This document shows positions 1 to 11,700 of a DNA stretch of 64,000 nucleotides, piece by piece. Every line of letters starts with the position of its first letter. The stretch's first letter is position 1. The DNA comes from Diplonema japonicum (taxonomy: Eukaryota > Protista > Euglenozoa: Diplonemea), in the NCBI GenBank assembly GCA_964019335.1, contig OZ025717.1, forward strand, positions 186,001 through 250,000, written 5' to 3'. A program made the position numbers and the translations under genes. The notes beneath the pieces were generated by a model, which worked only from the letters and a program-made list of their open reading frames with translations, was not told the DNA's origin and did not search any database.

Positions 1-858
1 GTTAAGGGGTGACCCGTCAGCCCACTGCCAGGACGACGTGTCGAGGGGGGCCGTGCGCTTGCGAGAAGAAAAGAGCCCTGGGTAGAAAGAGAGGGTGGAA
101 CCAAAAAGCGAGACGAAGGCATCGTCCCACTTGTTGTGAACAGACATCGGGGTGTGCTTGAAGCTCAGCTCAGAAGTGCACGCGGAAGGGTTCCACGGGG
201 TCGCTGTGGGGGTCACCTCAACACAGTCACCGTCGTAAAAGGCACCCGAGACACATGGCGTGGGGCCGTAGTAAAGTGAAATTCTGCGAAAGAGGAGGTT
301 GGTCGCGGCTTGCATAGAACCTTCTTCACATCCCAGCGACAACGACTCGGGTGTCCCTGCAGCCGTTATGGGGACGGACGTCCGACCATTTACCTGTACA
401 ATAACACCGCTTAAGGACTCTTCGAACAATACAGCCACGTGTGCCCATTCCTTTAAAACGTATGTGAAGAGAATCATGGGTGTTCCCTTTGGGGTTTGCA
501 GTACGAAGTGTCCCTTGAAGACTGTTAGGGACACCGCTCCGTTCTGTGCTTTCCAGGAGACAACTGTTTGGGCAATGGAGGGGGACGATGCCACTTTAAC
601 CCATGTAGTCACTGCTGCGTCGCTGCCAGTGAGAGGCGCAAGGTTTGTAGCCTTGATGCAGCCTTCTCCAGCTCCCCACCCGGCATAAGGATCCATTACT
701 GTATCTAGTAGCCCAGTCATGTCTTTGCCTTGGCCTGTTTCATCTATTCCCCCTGGGTTTCCCCAGTACCACCTCCCTTCTAACCTTGTGGCTTCAGACG
801 ATATGGTACTGTACGTCAGTATCAACGTGAACTGCTTGACGAAGGCACATGGTGCCAT
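1..858 (-). CDS. Partial (runs off window) paralog R0 of the LamG-like + C-type-lectin-like receptor family
   Basis: Not in ORF track because no stop falls in the window. Manual translation from ATG at 858 is open to base 1: MAPCAFVKQFTLILTYSTISSEATRLEGRWYWGNPGGIDETGQG...VTTWVK...WAHVAVLF...VQVNG...SLGC...GPTPCVSGAFYDGDC...SVHNKWDD...WQWADGSPLN. The motif order matches the nine downstream paralogs. Confidence 0.88.
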   Translation of the reverse strand, partial: MAPCAFVKQFTLILTYSTISSEATRLEGRWYWGNPGGIDETGQGKDMTGLLDTVMDPYAGWGAGEGCIKATNLAPLTGSDAAVTTWVKVASSPSIAQTVVSWKAQNGAVSLTVFKGHFVLQTPKGTPMILFTYVLKEWAHVAVLFEESLSGVIVQVNGRTSVPITAAGTPESLSLGCEEGSMQAATNLLFRRISLYYGPTPCVSGAFYDGDCVEVTPTATPWNPSACTSELSFKHTPMSVHNKWDDAFVSLFGSTLSFYPGLFSSRKRTAPLDTSSWQWADGSPLN

Positions 859-2786
859 GGGGGGTTCCCCCTGAAATCAATTTTTTTTTTCGTGGCCTGT
901 GGTAAGGAGGGGTGGGGAAGGTGAGAAATATGAGAGAAATATGTGGGGTGTAGGATAACATTCTTTTTTTTGGGGGGGTATTTTTTTTTTCTCCCCCACT
1001 AGCTACGACTGCATCTATCCTGTGCAGGGGTTGCTTCAAAAAAAAAAATGATTCTTTAATGACTTATGTCCCTTTTTTGTTTCGCACGAGTAAAAAAAAT
1101 CTTTTTTTCTTTTTTTGCCTCGGCACAAGTTGCATAAGGTGGTGAAACCATTTTTTTTCAGAAGAGAAAAAAAAAAAAAACAAAAACTTTGTAGGGAAAA
1201 AAAGGGGGGGGAGGAAAGGATGAACAAAGCAACAAGACGGCTTCCTGCTAAAGTATCTCCCTTCTTTTTTTGGGGGGGTTTTTTTTCCTCTTGCAATTGA
1301 AACAAAAGGGGGGCAAGAAATCGCAGAATAAGGGGACACACGTACAATACTTACACAAACAAAAAAAAAATATAAATATATATTTCTTCACAGAAAAAAT
1401 TTAAAAAAAAAAGGAAAGAACTAGCTGTTGTTTATGTGTCATTGGGCATCAAGTACTTCCACCCAAGTCAAAAAAAAAACCTTTTTTTTTCCTCGTTTAC
1501 TCTTTTACGGTTCAATCATAACAAATCAAACTATAAAACTCAATTCTTTTTTTTTTTGAGGTATGAGCTTCCTAGGCGAGTGAACAAAACAAACGACGGT
1601 GCAAGTTTGAAAAAAAAGGGGGGGGGCTATTCACTCAAAACAGCAAAGTTACGAGTCAAAAAAAAAGAGGGGAAATATAATAATAACCATAATAATAAAG
1701 CCAACATACCGGGGACGCGCGTTATCCGGTCATCAAAAAAAAAAAGAAAAATTTAGCCCCCGATAGATGCCGCCCAACCTAGTTGGGACCGTGAGACTAT
1801 CACGCCTCGGTATTTTGGTAAAACCAAAGTTTAACAACGGATTTTTTTCTTGATTCTTCTTTTTCTTTTTGTTCTTTACCCAAAAGGTTCCTGTTCTTTT
1901 AAGAAGGATGGGAAAGAACTTGACTTGAAGGTGGTGTTATAAGGGCAGGAGCCCAGCCACCGATGGTCATAGGGGGGTAGGATAGTAGAGGGGGCACGAG
2001 TCGGTATATTTTTTTTCCTTGTGACCAAATTACTTTGAGCCCTTTTTTTTTTTGGGAGGCATGTTTCAAAGTGTCACAAAATTGCCACGTGGTATAACTA
2101 TAAAAAAAAAATTTTTTTTTCCCCTTCCCCCCTTAAAGGTTTCCAATAGGCGGAGTCTAAAGAGGTCCTTGAGGGAAAGGGGAGCGGGGGGGGTTTTACA
2201 CCTCTTTTTTTGATTGCATATTTCGCATTCTTTTTGAAAGAGACAGAGCGGCAGGGGATAACAAAGAAAAAAGGGGGAGTCACCATGTTACAAAACATTT
2301 CATAGTATTTTAAGGGAAAAAAGAAAAATGGGGCTTTGGTTGCAACACTATTTGGCATTAAGTGTGCAGCAGGGGAGGGTAAAAAAAAAAAACTTTCAAC
2401 TACCTAGTTTCTTCTTCTTTTTTTTTTTTCAATCCATAGTAGAAAGAAAGTTCACCAAGAAATGAAAATTAGAAGGAGGGGAAGAACACAACGCCACACC
2501 ACTCAAACATATTAACCTAACGCACTTCTGGTTTTTTTTTCTTTTTTTTTTTCTTGCGACTTATGTCATTGTTGCATTATACAAAAAAGAAATATAGATA
2601 AACAACGCTGAAGGGGGGGGTGTCAATAATGCACCTTTACACGACCATTCTTTGTATTTGCCCATCAAAAGATAGCTTTTCGAGAACAAGGGGAGGGAAG
2701 TACCGGTGAAAAACAAAAAATAAAAATAAAAATAAAAAAAAAATCACCTGGCGAAAAAAATAGAAACAAAAAAAAAAAAAGTTTTC

Positions 2787-5700
2787 TTAAATACTGTAGA
2801 CAACTGTAGGCCTCCTACTCCTGCGTGTTGATGAAGAATCGTTCCACTTATCCGAGTCTTCCAAGGTCGGCTTGCTTAAGAAGCTCAAGAGAGGTGTCAT
2901 GTCCACCTGGGAGGCTTCACCAAAGCTTCCAACGAAGGATTGCGGTTCCCGTGATAAGCCGGGTTCCTCATCCGTGCCCACAGAGACCACACTACTGTGG
3001 GGCTGTACCTCGTCCAATTCTATCACTCTAGGTTTTTCCTCTTCTCTTACCTCGCCAGCATTCCCTGCCCTTGCTGCCCGAACAGCATCCCAGCGCCTTC
3101 CTATCTTCACGTCAAGGCAGTACAGGATCAGGTCGTACACTCCTTTGAATATCATCAACAGTGCTGTCAAGAACAGTAGGTACGCCGCCCACTTCATCAT
3201 CACCTCATTCCCACCCACCCCAATCGCTATCGCCATCAGCAGGACAGCCACGAACATCAGCCCGCTCATAGCTGTCCCCGTCACCATGTCAAGTGTCGAG
3301 TTGTAAGGGCGGAGGGTCACAATCGCCAGGAAGTAGAAGAAGAGGACAATCGTGATCGAAGCGTTCCTGAACATGCAGGTGTCGTGGTTATGAGGCTTCC
3401 AGACAGAGGTCAAGGCCAAGGCCAGAATCTGGGTCATCTCCACAAGAGAGAACCAGTGGTAGTTGTATCTGTACTGCTCGAAGAAGAGCCCGTACTGCTC
3501 CACAAAGTAGTCGGGTGCCCCGTCCTTCCGAACCCATACTTCTGATCCGAAGACAATAATGTAAGCAGTGCGCTTCCACCCAGTGTACACTGTCGACATT
3601 GCAATATCTGCTAGGAGTGCCGCGTCACTGTCACTGTTGTATGCCTTCACCATCGCAGCTGCGTCCCAATTGATCTTCGGGTCGAGAACAGTTGTTGCCT
3701 GGAACTTACTTTTTCGCAGAAGTAGGAACCACATCGCAACAGGGAGAGACACACAAAGAGCGAGTGCCAGAACTCCGATGATTGCGACCCAGGCGGGTGC
3801 CCGAGAGGGGAAGAAGGCAAGGTTCGAGGCCGCAATACTGGTCCCCATCAGCAGCCAAATCATTGGGATGTAGACCAGACCAGGTGCCCTGACGTAGAAG
3901 ATTGCCGTTTCCCAAGGTACACTCAGCCATGCCACCTGCACCCATGCTATCACGTAGTTTAGAATCAAGAAGACCACCACAATCCCAAGGTTGGAGACAA
4001 CAGCCCCCAAGAAGTACTTCTGTTTGTGGTCCCCGATCCCGAAGCCAAGGGGGTGGAACTCCCAATCCAGAGGCTCCCCACCCCCAAGGTCGATGTCCTC
4101 AACCTCGCAGTCCATCCCAATCACAGCAGCAAGCTTCGCACCACTAGGGTTTACTGCTGTGGCACCAGAAGTGACGCCTTTCGCTGCATTCTTCTCAGCT
4201 TCAGGGATCACCTGCCCAGGGACTGGTGTCAGCGGGGGGGGAGTCACCATCTCTTTTGGTGGTGCGTTGGGCGAGGAAGTTCCGGCTGCAACCGGTTGTG
4301 ACGTCACGGGGACTGGTGGTGCGCCTGTGGGCGGGGCGATGGGCGTGGATGTGGGCACTGCTGTCATCGGTTGTGACGTCAACGGGGAGCCGGTCAGCGG
4401 GGAACTGGTGGCCGGAATAACTGTCGGTGGTGAACCTGTGGGCGGGGCGGTGGGCGCTGATGTAGGCACAGCTGTCATAGGTTGCGATGTCGGCGAGCTG
4501 GTTGCTGGAGCAGACGATGGCACCACTGTGGGCCCACCTGTGGCAGGGTGCGATGTCGGCGGCACAATTGTATCAGGGAAGGCCGTCGCGGGGGCTGCCG
4601 TGAGCGGTGCAACCGTTCTGGGAATAGGTGTAGCAGGGGGATTCGTAGCAGGGGGATTAGTAGCAGGCGCAGCAGTGTCAGGGAAGGGTGTCGCAGGGGG
4701 ATTAGTAGAAGGGGGCAGGGTAGAGGGTGCATTTGTGTCGGGAAACGGAGTCCACGGGGCCCTGGTGTCCGGGAATGGCGTTGACGGCGCATCAGTGTCA
4801 GGGGGCAACGTGGCAGGCACCTTAGTAGGAGGTGCAGACGTGCTAGGGGACCTTGTTGCGGGTGCACTGGTATCTGGAAGAGGAGTAGGTGGCGCTTGTG
4901 TGACAGGAACAGGTGTTGAGGGTGGTTTCGTGTCAGGGAAGGGTGTGGAAGGAGCAGTGGTGTCTGGCGCCTCGGTAATCATCTGCCACTCATAACACAG
5001 ATGTTTGAAACTATTGGTACAGGCAAGGTCCGCCAGCCCAGGCCCCAGTGTGGGACTGTACCTTGCGCAGGTCGTGCTGACTTCGTTTGGCTGCACATGT
5101 GCTTCGCAACCGTCTTTGCTGTTGTACCAGTCGGCCTGCCGATGCTTCGCGTCACCGCACCACAACAGCTTCAGGTCCATCGGGGTCCCGTCCTCCCAAA
5201 ACCAGTTGGAAGAAGAGGGTTGAGTGTTCGGTCTTGGCCCTGGTGCAGAGATCCCCACCCAACAGTCGGCATTGGGCGACGACCGGCTGTACAGGAGATC
5301 GTCCCAATACGTGTGGATGCTGACAAGCTTCCCGTCAGGACTGCACGCCCCCTTGTCGAAGGCGGACTCGGGTGTGAACCAATGGCATTTACCGTTGTAA
5401 TAAAAATTACCCTGTCCGGAGCAAGGGTAGGCTCCCACATGGAAGGTTGATTTATAGATGAAAGATCCTGGTTGCATTGGAAAATCGATGTTGCGGCCGT
5501 CCTGCTTAGCACACCCGAGGCTGAACACGGTCGGGACGAAGCTCACCGCGAAAGGTATGTTCTTCCCCACACGGTACCCGTTCTGCCAAATATTAACTGC
5601 TGCAGAGGGGGTGAACACGAAGTTGAGATGGTTCCACTGGTCCCCCACATCGGGGAAGGTTTTCTTTAGGTCACCTGCACCGGAAGCACCGTACGTGTAA

Positions 5701-6098
5701 AGAGCTAAATCTGTCTTCCCTGTGGCGTCTCTCTTTTGGATATACAACACAATGGACGCTGCTCCTGAGGACCATGAGAACACAGCTTGTTGCTTTGTGG
5801 CCGAGCTCTTGGCGCGGACCCATATCCCCAGGGTGGTCGTCTGGGCCATTTGAAAGCCTGTGTTCCCGGCGTTGATGGGTAGGTACGAACAGGCCTGTGT
5901 GCTCCCGTCGTGGGTAGCCACATCTGTTCCCGTCCAGGGGTCCTTCACGAACTTCACCCCCCCCATTACCATCATTGCATTCCCCTTACCGCTTATGTCG
6001 TTGCCCGAACCATCCGTGTACCACTCTCCTATTTTTTCCATTGCGAGCGTTGTTTTCAACATGATGCAGGTTGCTAGATAAAGTATCCGCAACCTCAT
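2787..6098 (-). CDS. R1: signal peptide + LamG/ConA-like + C-type-lectin-like + Pro/Thr stalk + 7-TM receptor-like protein
   Basis: 1103-aa ORF with a hydrophobic N-terminus. W..DG..D.SG.GN / WVR / W.H / NG pattern of LamG-like jelly rolls; WVGI, WFWEDG, QPN and D..C......C of C-type lectins; seven hydrophobic segments with YGLFFEQYR..WF and RPY motifs. Confidence 0.9.
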   Translation of the reverse strand: MRLRILYLATCIMLKTTLAMEKIGEWYTDGSGNDISGKGNAMMVMGGVKFVKDPWTGTDVATHDGSTQACSYLPINAGNTGFQMAQTTTLGIWVRAKSSATKQQAVFSWSSGAASIVLYIQKRDATGKTDLALYTYGASGAGDLKKTFPDVGDQWNHLNFVFTPSAAVNIWQNGYRVGKNIPFAVSFVPTVFSLGCAKQDGRNIDFPMQPGSFIYKSTFHVGAYPCSGQGNFYYNGKCHWFTPESAFDKGACSPDGKLVSIHTYWDDLLYSRSSPNADCWVGISAPGPRPNTQPSSSNWFWEDGTPMDLKLLWCGDAKHRQADWYNSKDGCEAHVQPNEVSTTCARYSPTLGPGLADLACTNSFKHLCYEWQMITEAPDTTAPSTPFPDTKPPSTPVPVTQAPPTPLPDTSAPATRSPSTSAPPTKVPATLPPDTDAPSTPFPDTRAPWTPFPDTNAPSTLPPSTNPPATPFPDTAAPATNPPATNPPATPIPRTVAPLTAAPATAFPDTIVPPTSHPATGGPTVVPSSAPATSSPTSQPMTAVPTSAPTAPPTGSPPTVIPATSSPLTGSPLTSQPMTAVPTSTPIAPPTGAPPVPVTSQPVAAGTSSPNAPPKEMVTPPPLTPVPGQVIPEAEKNAAKGVTSGATAVNPSGAKLAAVIGMDCEVEDIDLGGGEPLDWEFHPLGFGIGDHKQKYFLGAVVSNLGIVVVFLILNYVIAWVQVAWLSVPWETAIFYVRAPGLVYIPMIWLLMGTSIAASNLAFFPSRAPAWVAIIGVLALALCVSLPVAMWFLLLRKSKFQATTVLDPKINWDAAAMVKAYNSDSDAALLADIAMSTVYTGWKRTAYIIVFGSEVWVRKDGAPDYFVEQYGLFFEQYRYNYHWFSLVEMTQILALALTSVWKPHNHDTCMFRNASITIVLFFYFLAIVTLRPYNSTLDMVTGTAMSGLMFVAVLLMAIAIGVGGNEVMMKWAAYLLFLTALLMIFKGVYDLILYCLDVKIGRRWDAVRAARAGNAGEVREEEKPRVIELDEVQPHSSVVSVGTDEEPGLSREPQSFVGSFGEASQVDMTPLLSFLSKPTLEDSDKWNDSSSTRRSRRPTVVYSI

Positions 6099-6167
6099 GT
6101 TGGGGGGAAGGGGGGGGGGGAACCTTTTTTTTTTCTTTTTTTTTCTAGAACTGCAAGGAAATAAAAT

Positions 6168-6206
<39 letters not shown>

Positions 6207-7022
6207 CTTGGGAAGAAACAGAAGACCCTCTTTTTTTTTTTTTTAAAAAAAAAGAAAAAAAAAAACCCTGCCAAATTCCAGCCTGTGAATGATTTACTCC
6301 TTTTGTACTCGGCTTTATTTGGACAGTTTCCGGGTCAAGAACCTGGGTCTAGGCTGCGCTCGGGACGTGTCACTCTGAATTATTATTATTATTATTTTAT
6401 TCTTTTTTTTTGCCTGTTGCGCTTAGTTGGAAGCACCGCAGATATCAAAGGACGTTCAGTCCATGTGGAGTTAGATCGGGAAGAAGAAGAAGAAGAAGAA
6501 GAAGAAAGAGGAAGAAAATTCTGTACAAAAAAGTGTTTTGCACCTTAACCCTCAATGCCAACAGCATTGGGGCTACCAACATCATGAATAAAGAAAACTT
6601 TACAAGATTTCTTTTTTATTTTATTTTGCAGATCGTGTACAGAAAATGGCAGAGACGAGCTTTGACTCTGCAAACGCACGGTGAGGGAAGAAAGAAAAAG
6701 AAGGAAAAAAACTGTTTCTTACGCACGAGTGATATTGTTACCTTTTTTTTTTTTTTAGATAAACAAATCACTCATTTGCGCTGTGCCAATGACTAGAAAT
6801 AAAAATTTATTTTCTTTAAAAAGCCTCGGCAAATAGAATTTTCTGTTTAAAAAAATAAAACAAAAAATAAGAAAAAAAATATTATATGGGACAATTATAA
6901 AGAAACCGTCCCTTTTCTTTTTTTTTTTTTTTCTTTTTCTTCATATTGAACAAGGTTTAGGATTTATTTTCTTTTTTTTTTTTCTCCTTCTCGATTACCG
7001 GGGTGAGAATAGTTTTAAAATG

Positions 7023-7065
7023 AAATTCACTATGATAGGAAACGAACTGGCCAGCAGCGGGCCAC
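7023..7065. repeat. Short ~42-bp dispersed repeat (CACTATGATAGGAAACGAA.TGG..AGCA.CGG.CC)
   Basis: Copies at 7023-7065, 7592-7633 and 20082-20120, partial at 31378-31406, all in the same orientation. Confidence 0.7.
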
Positions 7066-8131
7066 TGCATGTGGCGTGCCTACCTTATGATGCCCCCCTT
7101 TTGGGGCCGCTCCGCTGCTACTTAGTAGTGCTTTGCTGACTCTTGATCGCCTGAAGCAAAAAAAAAAAAAAAAAAAAAAAAAACCTGTGTGTATGGAGAC
7201 ATTATTGCTAACACACGGAACAAACAAAAGAAGAAAAAAAACAGGAAAGAAAAAAAAAATCGACAATTCATGAGACTTGGCCAATGTACACAGTTTTTTT
7301 TTTTTTTTTTAATTGGAGAGGTGTCATCACAGACCTATGAACCCTTTAGGAACGTGGTCCTTTCAGCCCACAAAAAAAAAAAAAAATTGAGTGAAAAGAA
7401 AAAAAAAAGAAGAAAGGAAGTTAAGGAAATCCAAAAAAAAAAGAATAGGCGGGTTATATTCTTTGTTTTTCGCGCAAATGGTTTCTTTTCTTTTTCTTTT
7501 TTTTTTTGAGAAGAACTACTTTAAAACAGCTACTGGTGGGTAAGTCTGGATCGAACCTGAGTACCAAACCGCGGAGCCAGTTTTGTAAAAAAAATTCACT
7601 ATGATAGGAACGAAGTGGTTAGCAACGGCCCGCAAAAAGAAAAAAAAAAAAAAAAAAAAAGGAAGTTTAGATGTTTCTAAACTATGAGGGCATCCTCGGA
7701 AACTCCTAAAAATATAATGTAAAACCTGAGTTCAAGCGGCCCAATTGGTGTTTCACCAGGGGCTTTCGGACGCATAAAAAAAAAAAATAAATAAAAAAAT
7801 CAAGAAAATAAGGAAGTAAGATAGGGACATAAAGAGGTTGGTTATTTGTGAAGGCGCATCGCGGAGAAAAAAAATGGCATCCTTGTCCCTCTTTTATTTC
7901 TATTTCTCTTCAACCCCCTTGGAAGGGACTTGAAAAGACAAATCAAGCGAGTAAATCACTTTTCTTTTTTTTTTCCCCCCCCGTCCTTCCCCCTTCTTAT
8001 TCTCACTACCTTCCTTATAACCAAAATTTAAAAGATTCTTTTTTTTTTTCTTTTTTTTTTTCCCTTCTTTCAATATCAACTCTTCTTCGTCTTTAATCAA
8101 ACGTGGCCCCAATTGCACGGGGAAATCGAAG

Positions 8132-8166
<35 letters not shown>

Positions 8167-8732
8167 AGGTGAAACTGCACCAGAAAATTCCTTTAGGTTA
8201 GGTTCGGGGGGGGATAAAATTCCATTCTCTTAAGACCTATGCATCAAAGTCAGAATCGTTTCGAAGAAAAGTGGACAGAAAAATAACAGAGGAATAATTT
8301 GAAAATTTGGAAAGAAACAAGGGGGGGGGGGGGGGGGAAACCAAGTTTTAGCTTTAAAAAGAATTCATATAATGGAGTGTAAATATCGCAACACCCCTCC
8401 CCCCCCGAAAAAAGTAACACCTCATATCTCTGTGGAAAAGCTTTTTTATTCCCGTCCACTCTGTTCACGAGCTTTTAGAGACACGAAGGCGTGCGTACAT
8501 ACCACCACGATACACGCTACAAAAACAAGGAAAGGAAAACAAAGGACAAACACCCGTATTGTTATCAACATACGGTCATCCCAAAAGACAACTCACGCTT
8601 TTTTTTTTTTTTTTTTTTTTTTTTACCTCATCCCCAATTCGGCATATAACACAACTAAAAACCCCAGTTTTTTTAAAAGGGCATAGTTACAGGGTTGGTA
8701 GGTTTCTTCTTTTTCTTTTCTGAATATATATC

Positions 8733-11700
8733 TCACATCGAAATAAGTGTCGCATACTTCCTTCCTTGCCTGGTTGTCACAGGGGACGTCAGGCTTCGCT
8801 TTAGATTCCTGAACTTGTTTTCCGTTGCCACTGGCTGTTCTACATCCATACACGGCCTTCCCAGAAGGCTCAGTAAGGGCTGCATATCCATACGACTCAT
8901 GTCTTCTCCAGTGGTGGTGTTCTTCAGCTCCCTTGACGACAGTACCACAGTGCTGGCGTGCACGTCCATGTCAGGCGTGCCCCCTCTCTCTCCAGGAGTC
9001 TGGTCGCCGTCTACGCTCCAAGAAGCTTTGCTCAACTCACACAGTTCAGTTATAGTAGGCTGCTGTGCTTTCCACTTCTCCACATTCCCTGCCCTCGCTG
9101 CCCGAACAGCATCCCAGCGCCTTCCTATCTTCACGTCAAGGCAGTACAGGATCAGGTCGTACGCTCCTTTGAACATCATCACCAGTGCCGTGAAGAAGAG
9201 CAGGTGCGCCGCCCACTTCATCATCACTGCACTCCCACCCACCCCGATCGCTATCGCCATCAGCAGGACAGCCACGAACATCAGCCCGCTCAGTATCGTC
9301 CCCGTCACCATGTCAAGTGTCGAGTTGTAAGGGCGGAGGGTCACAATCGCCAGGAAGTAGAAGAAGAGGACAATCGTGATCGAAACGTTCCTGAACATGC
9401 ACATCCCATGGGTCCGAGGCTTCCAAGCAGAGGACAGGGACAGAGCGAGGATCTGCACCATCTCCACAAGGGAGAACCAGTGGAAGTTGTGCCTGTACTG
9501 CTCGAAGAAGAGCCCGTACCGCTCCACAAAGTACTCAGAGGCCCCGTCCTTCCGAACCCACACCTCTGACCCGAAGACGAGGATGTAGGCGGTGCGCTTC
9601 CACCCAGTGTACACGGTCCCCGCTTCCATCTTCCCCGTCTCATCAGCCCCGTCAGCAGTCCCGAATCCCTTCACAACCTCTGCTGCATCCTCGTTGATCT
9701 TCGGGTCGGGAACAGTTGTTGCCTGAAACTTCCCCCTCCTCAAAAGGGAGAACCACATCACGATGGGGAAGGCCACACAGAGGGCGAGGACAGCAGCCCC
9801 GATGGTCGACACCCAAGCGGGTGCCCGAGAGGGGAAGAAGGTGAGGTTCGAGGCCGCCATGCTGGTCCCTGTGAGAAGCCACATCATCGGGATGTAGCCC
9901 AGACCAGGTGCCCTGACGTAGAAGATTGCCGTTGACAGAGGAACCTGCAAGAACGCCACCTGCACCCATGCTATCGCATAGTTCAGAATCAAGAAGACCA
10001 CCACAATCCCGAGGTTGGAGACAACAGCCCCCAAGAAGTACTTCTGCGCGTGGTCCCCGATCCCAATCCCAAGGGGGTGGAACTCCCAATCCAGAGGCTC
10101 CCCACCCCCAAGGTCGATGTCCTCAACCTCGCAGTTCATCCCGCTCACGATGGCAAGCTTCCCACCGCCAGTACCCGCAGCAACAGCGGCCCCCGTCGCA
10201 CCACCCGCTACCAAACTCTTCTCAGATGCAGGAATCACCTTCCCAGGGGAAGGTGTTGGAGGGGTGAGAACAGCTTCCTCCTTCGGTGCCTGTGTCGGAG
10301 GAGAGGTGACCGGTACCGTTGTGGGGACAGCCGTCACAGGCTGTTGTGTCAGTGGTGAGAAGGTCCCTGGTACTGCTGTCGAAGGGGCTTGTGTTGGTGG
10401 TGTTGTGGTAGGTGCCTGGGTGTCAGGAAAGGGTGTTGCAGGGGCAGAGGTGACAGGTGGGAAGGTGGCCGGCACTGCCGTCTTCGGAAAAGGAGTTGCA
10501 GGAGCTGAGGTGTCAGGTACCTTCGTATCGGGTGTCGCTGTGTCGGGGAAGGGTGTTGGAGGTGCCACAGTAAGCGGTACCACTGTGTCGGGAAAAGGTG
10601 TTGTTGGTGCTGTTGTTGCAGGAGAACTCGTATCAGGGAAGGGGGTGAGAGGTGCCGTGGTTGGAGGTGAATTGGTGTCAGGGAAGGGTGTTGCAGGGGC
10701 TACTGTTGCTGGTGCCGCAGTAAAAGGTGCATTGGTGTCTGGGAAGGGTGTTGCCGGAGCATCTGTTGGGATGGCGGTGTCAGGGAAGGGTGTTGGGGGT
10801 GCAGCAGTGGTCCCAGGTACAAGTGTTGCAGGTGACAATGTGTCGGGAGCTGGTGTGGGAGGTGATACTGTTCCAGGAAATGGGGTTGCTGGAGCATCAG
10901 TATCAGGGAAGGGTGTTGCAGGGGCTGTGGTTGCCGGGGAAGGGGTCTGAGGTGCTGCCGTGTCAGGGAAGGGAGTTGCTGGTGCCGCAGTAAGAGGTGC
11001 ATTGGTGTCGGGGAAAGGAGTTGCTGGAGCATTTGTTGGGATGGCGGTGTCAGGGAAGGGTGTTGGGGGTGCAGCAGTGGTCCCAGGTACAAGTGTTGAG
11101 GGTGGCAATGTGTCGGGAGCTGGTGTGGGAGGTGATACTGTTCCAGGAAATGGGGTTGCCGGAGCATCAGTATTGGGGAAGGGTGTTGCAGGGGCTGCTG
11201 TTGGTGGAGCATCGGTATCGGGGAAGGGAGTCTGTGGTGCTACTGTATCAGGGAAGGGTGTTGCAGGAGCTGTGGTTGCTGGGAAGGGAGTCAGCGGTGC
11301 TGATGTGTCAGGAAAGGGTGTTGCAGGCGAACTCGTATCGGGTGCATTGGTGTCTGGAAAAGGTGTTGGAGGAGCAAGAGTGTCAGGGAAGGGTGTTGCT
11401 GGAGCATCAGTATTGGGTGCATTAGTGGGTGGAACACTTGTTGCTGGTGACGCTGTGTCAGGGAATGGAGTAACTGGAGCGGTTGTGTCAGGTGCATTAG
11501 TATCAGGAAATGGTGTCGCGGGGGCACCTGTATCAGGAGCGAGGGTCGGAGGTGCGTCAGTGTCTGGGAATGGCGTAGCCGGAGCAGTGGTATTGGGTGC
11601 ATCAGTGTCAGGGAATGGTGTAGATGGAACAAGAGTATCAGGGAAGGGGGTCGACGGAGCCGCAGTTTCAATAGGGTCATAAGTGCACAGGTGAACATGA

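Noticed and set aside
7530-7585. B-box-like GGTTCGATCC on the minus strand (7548-7557)
   Set aside because: I could not build a cloverleaf or find a convincing A-box. At most a degenerate SINE head; tRNAscan-SE would decide.
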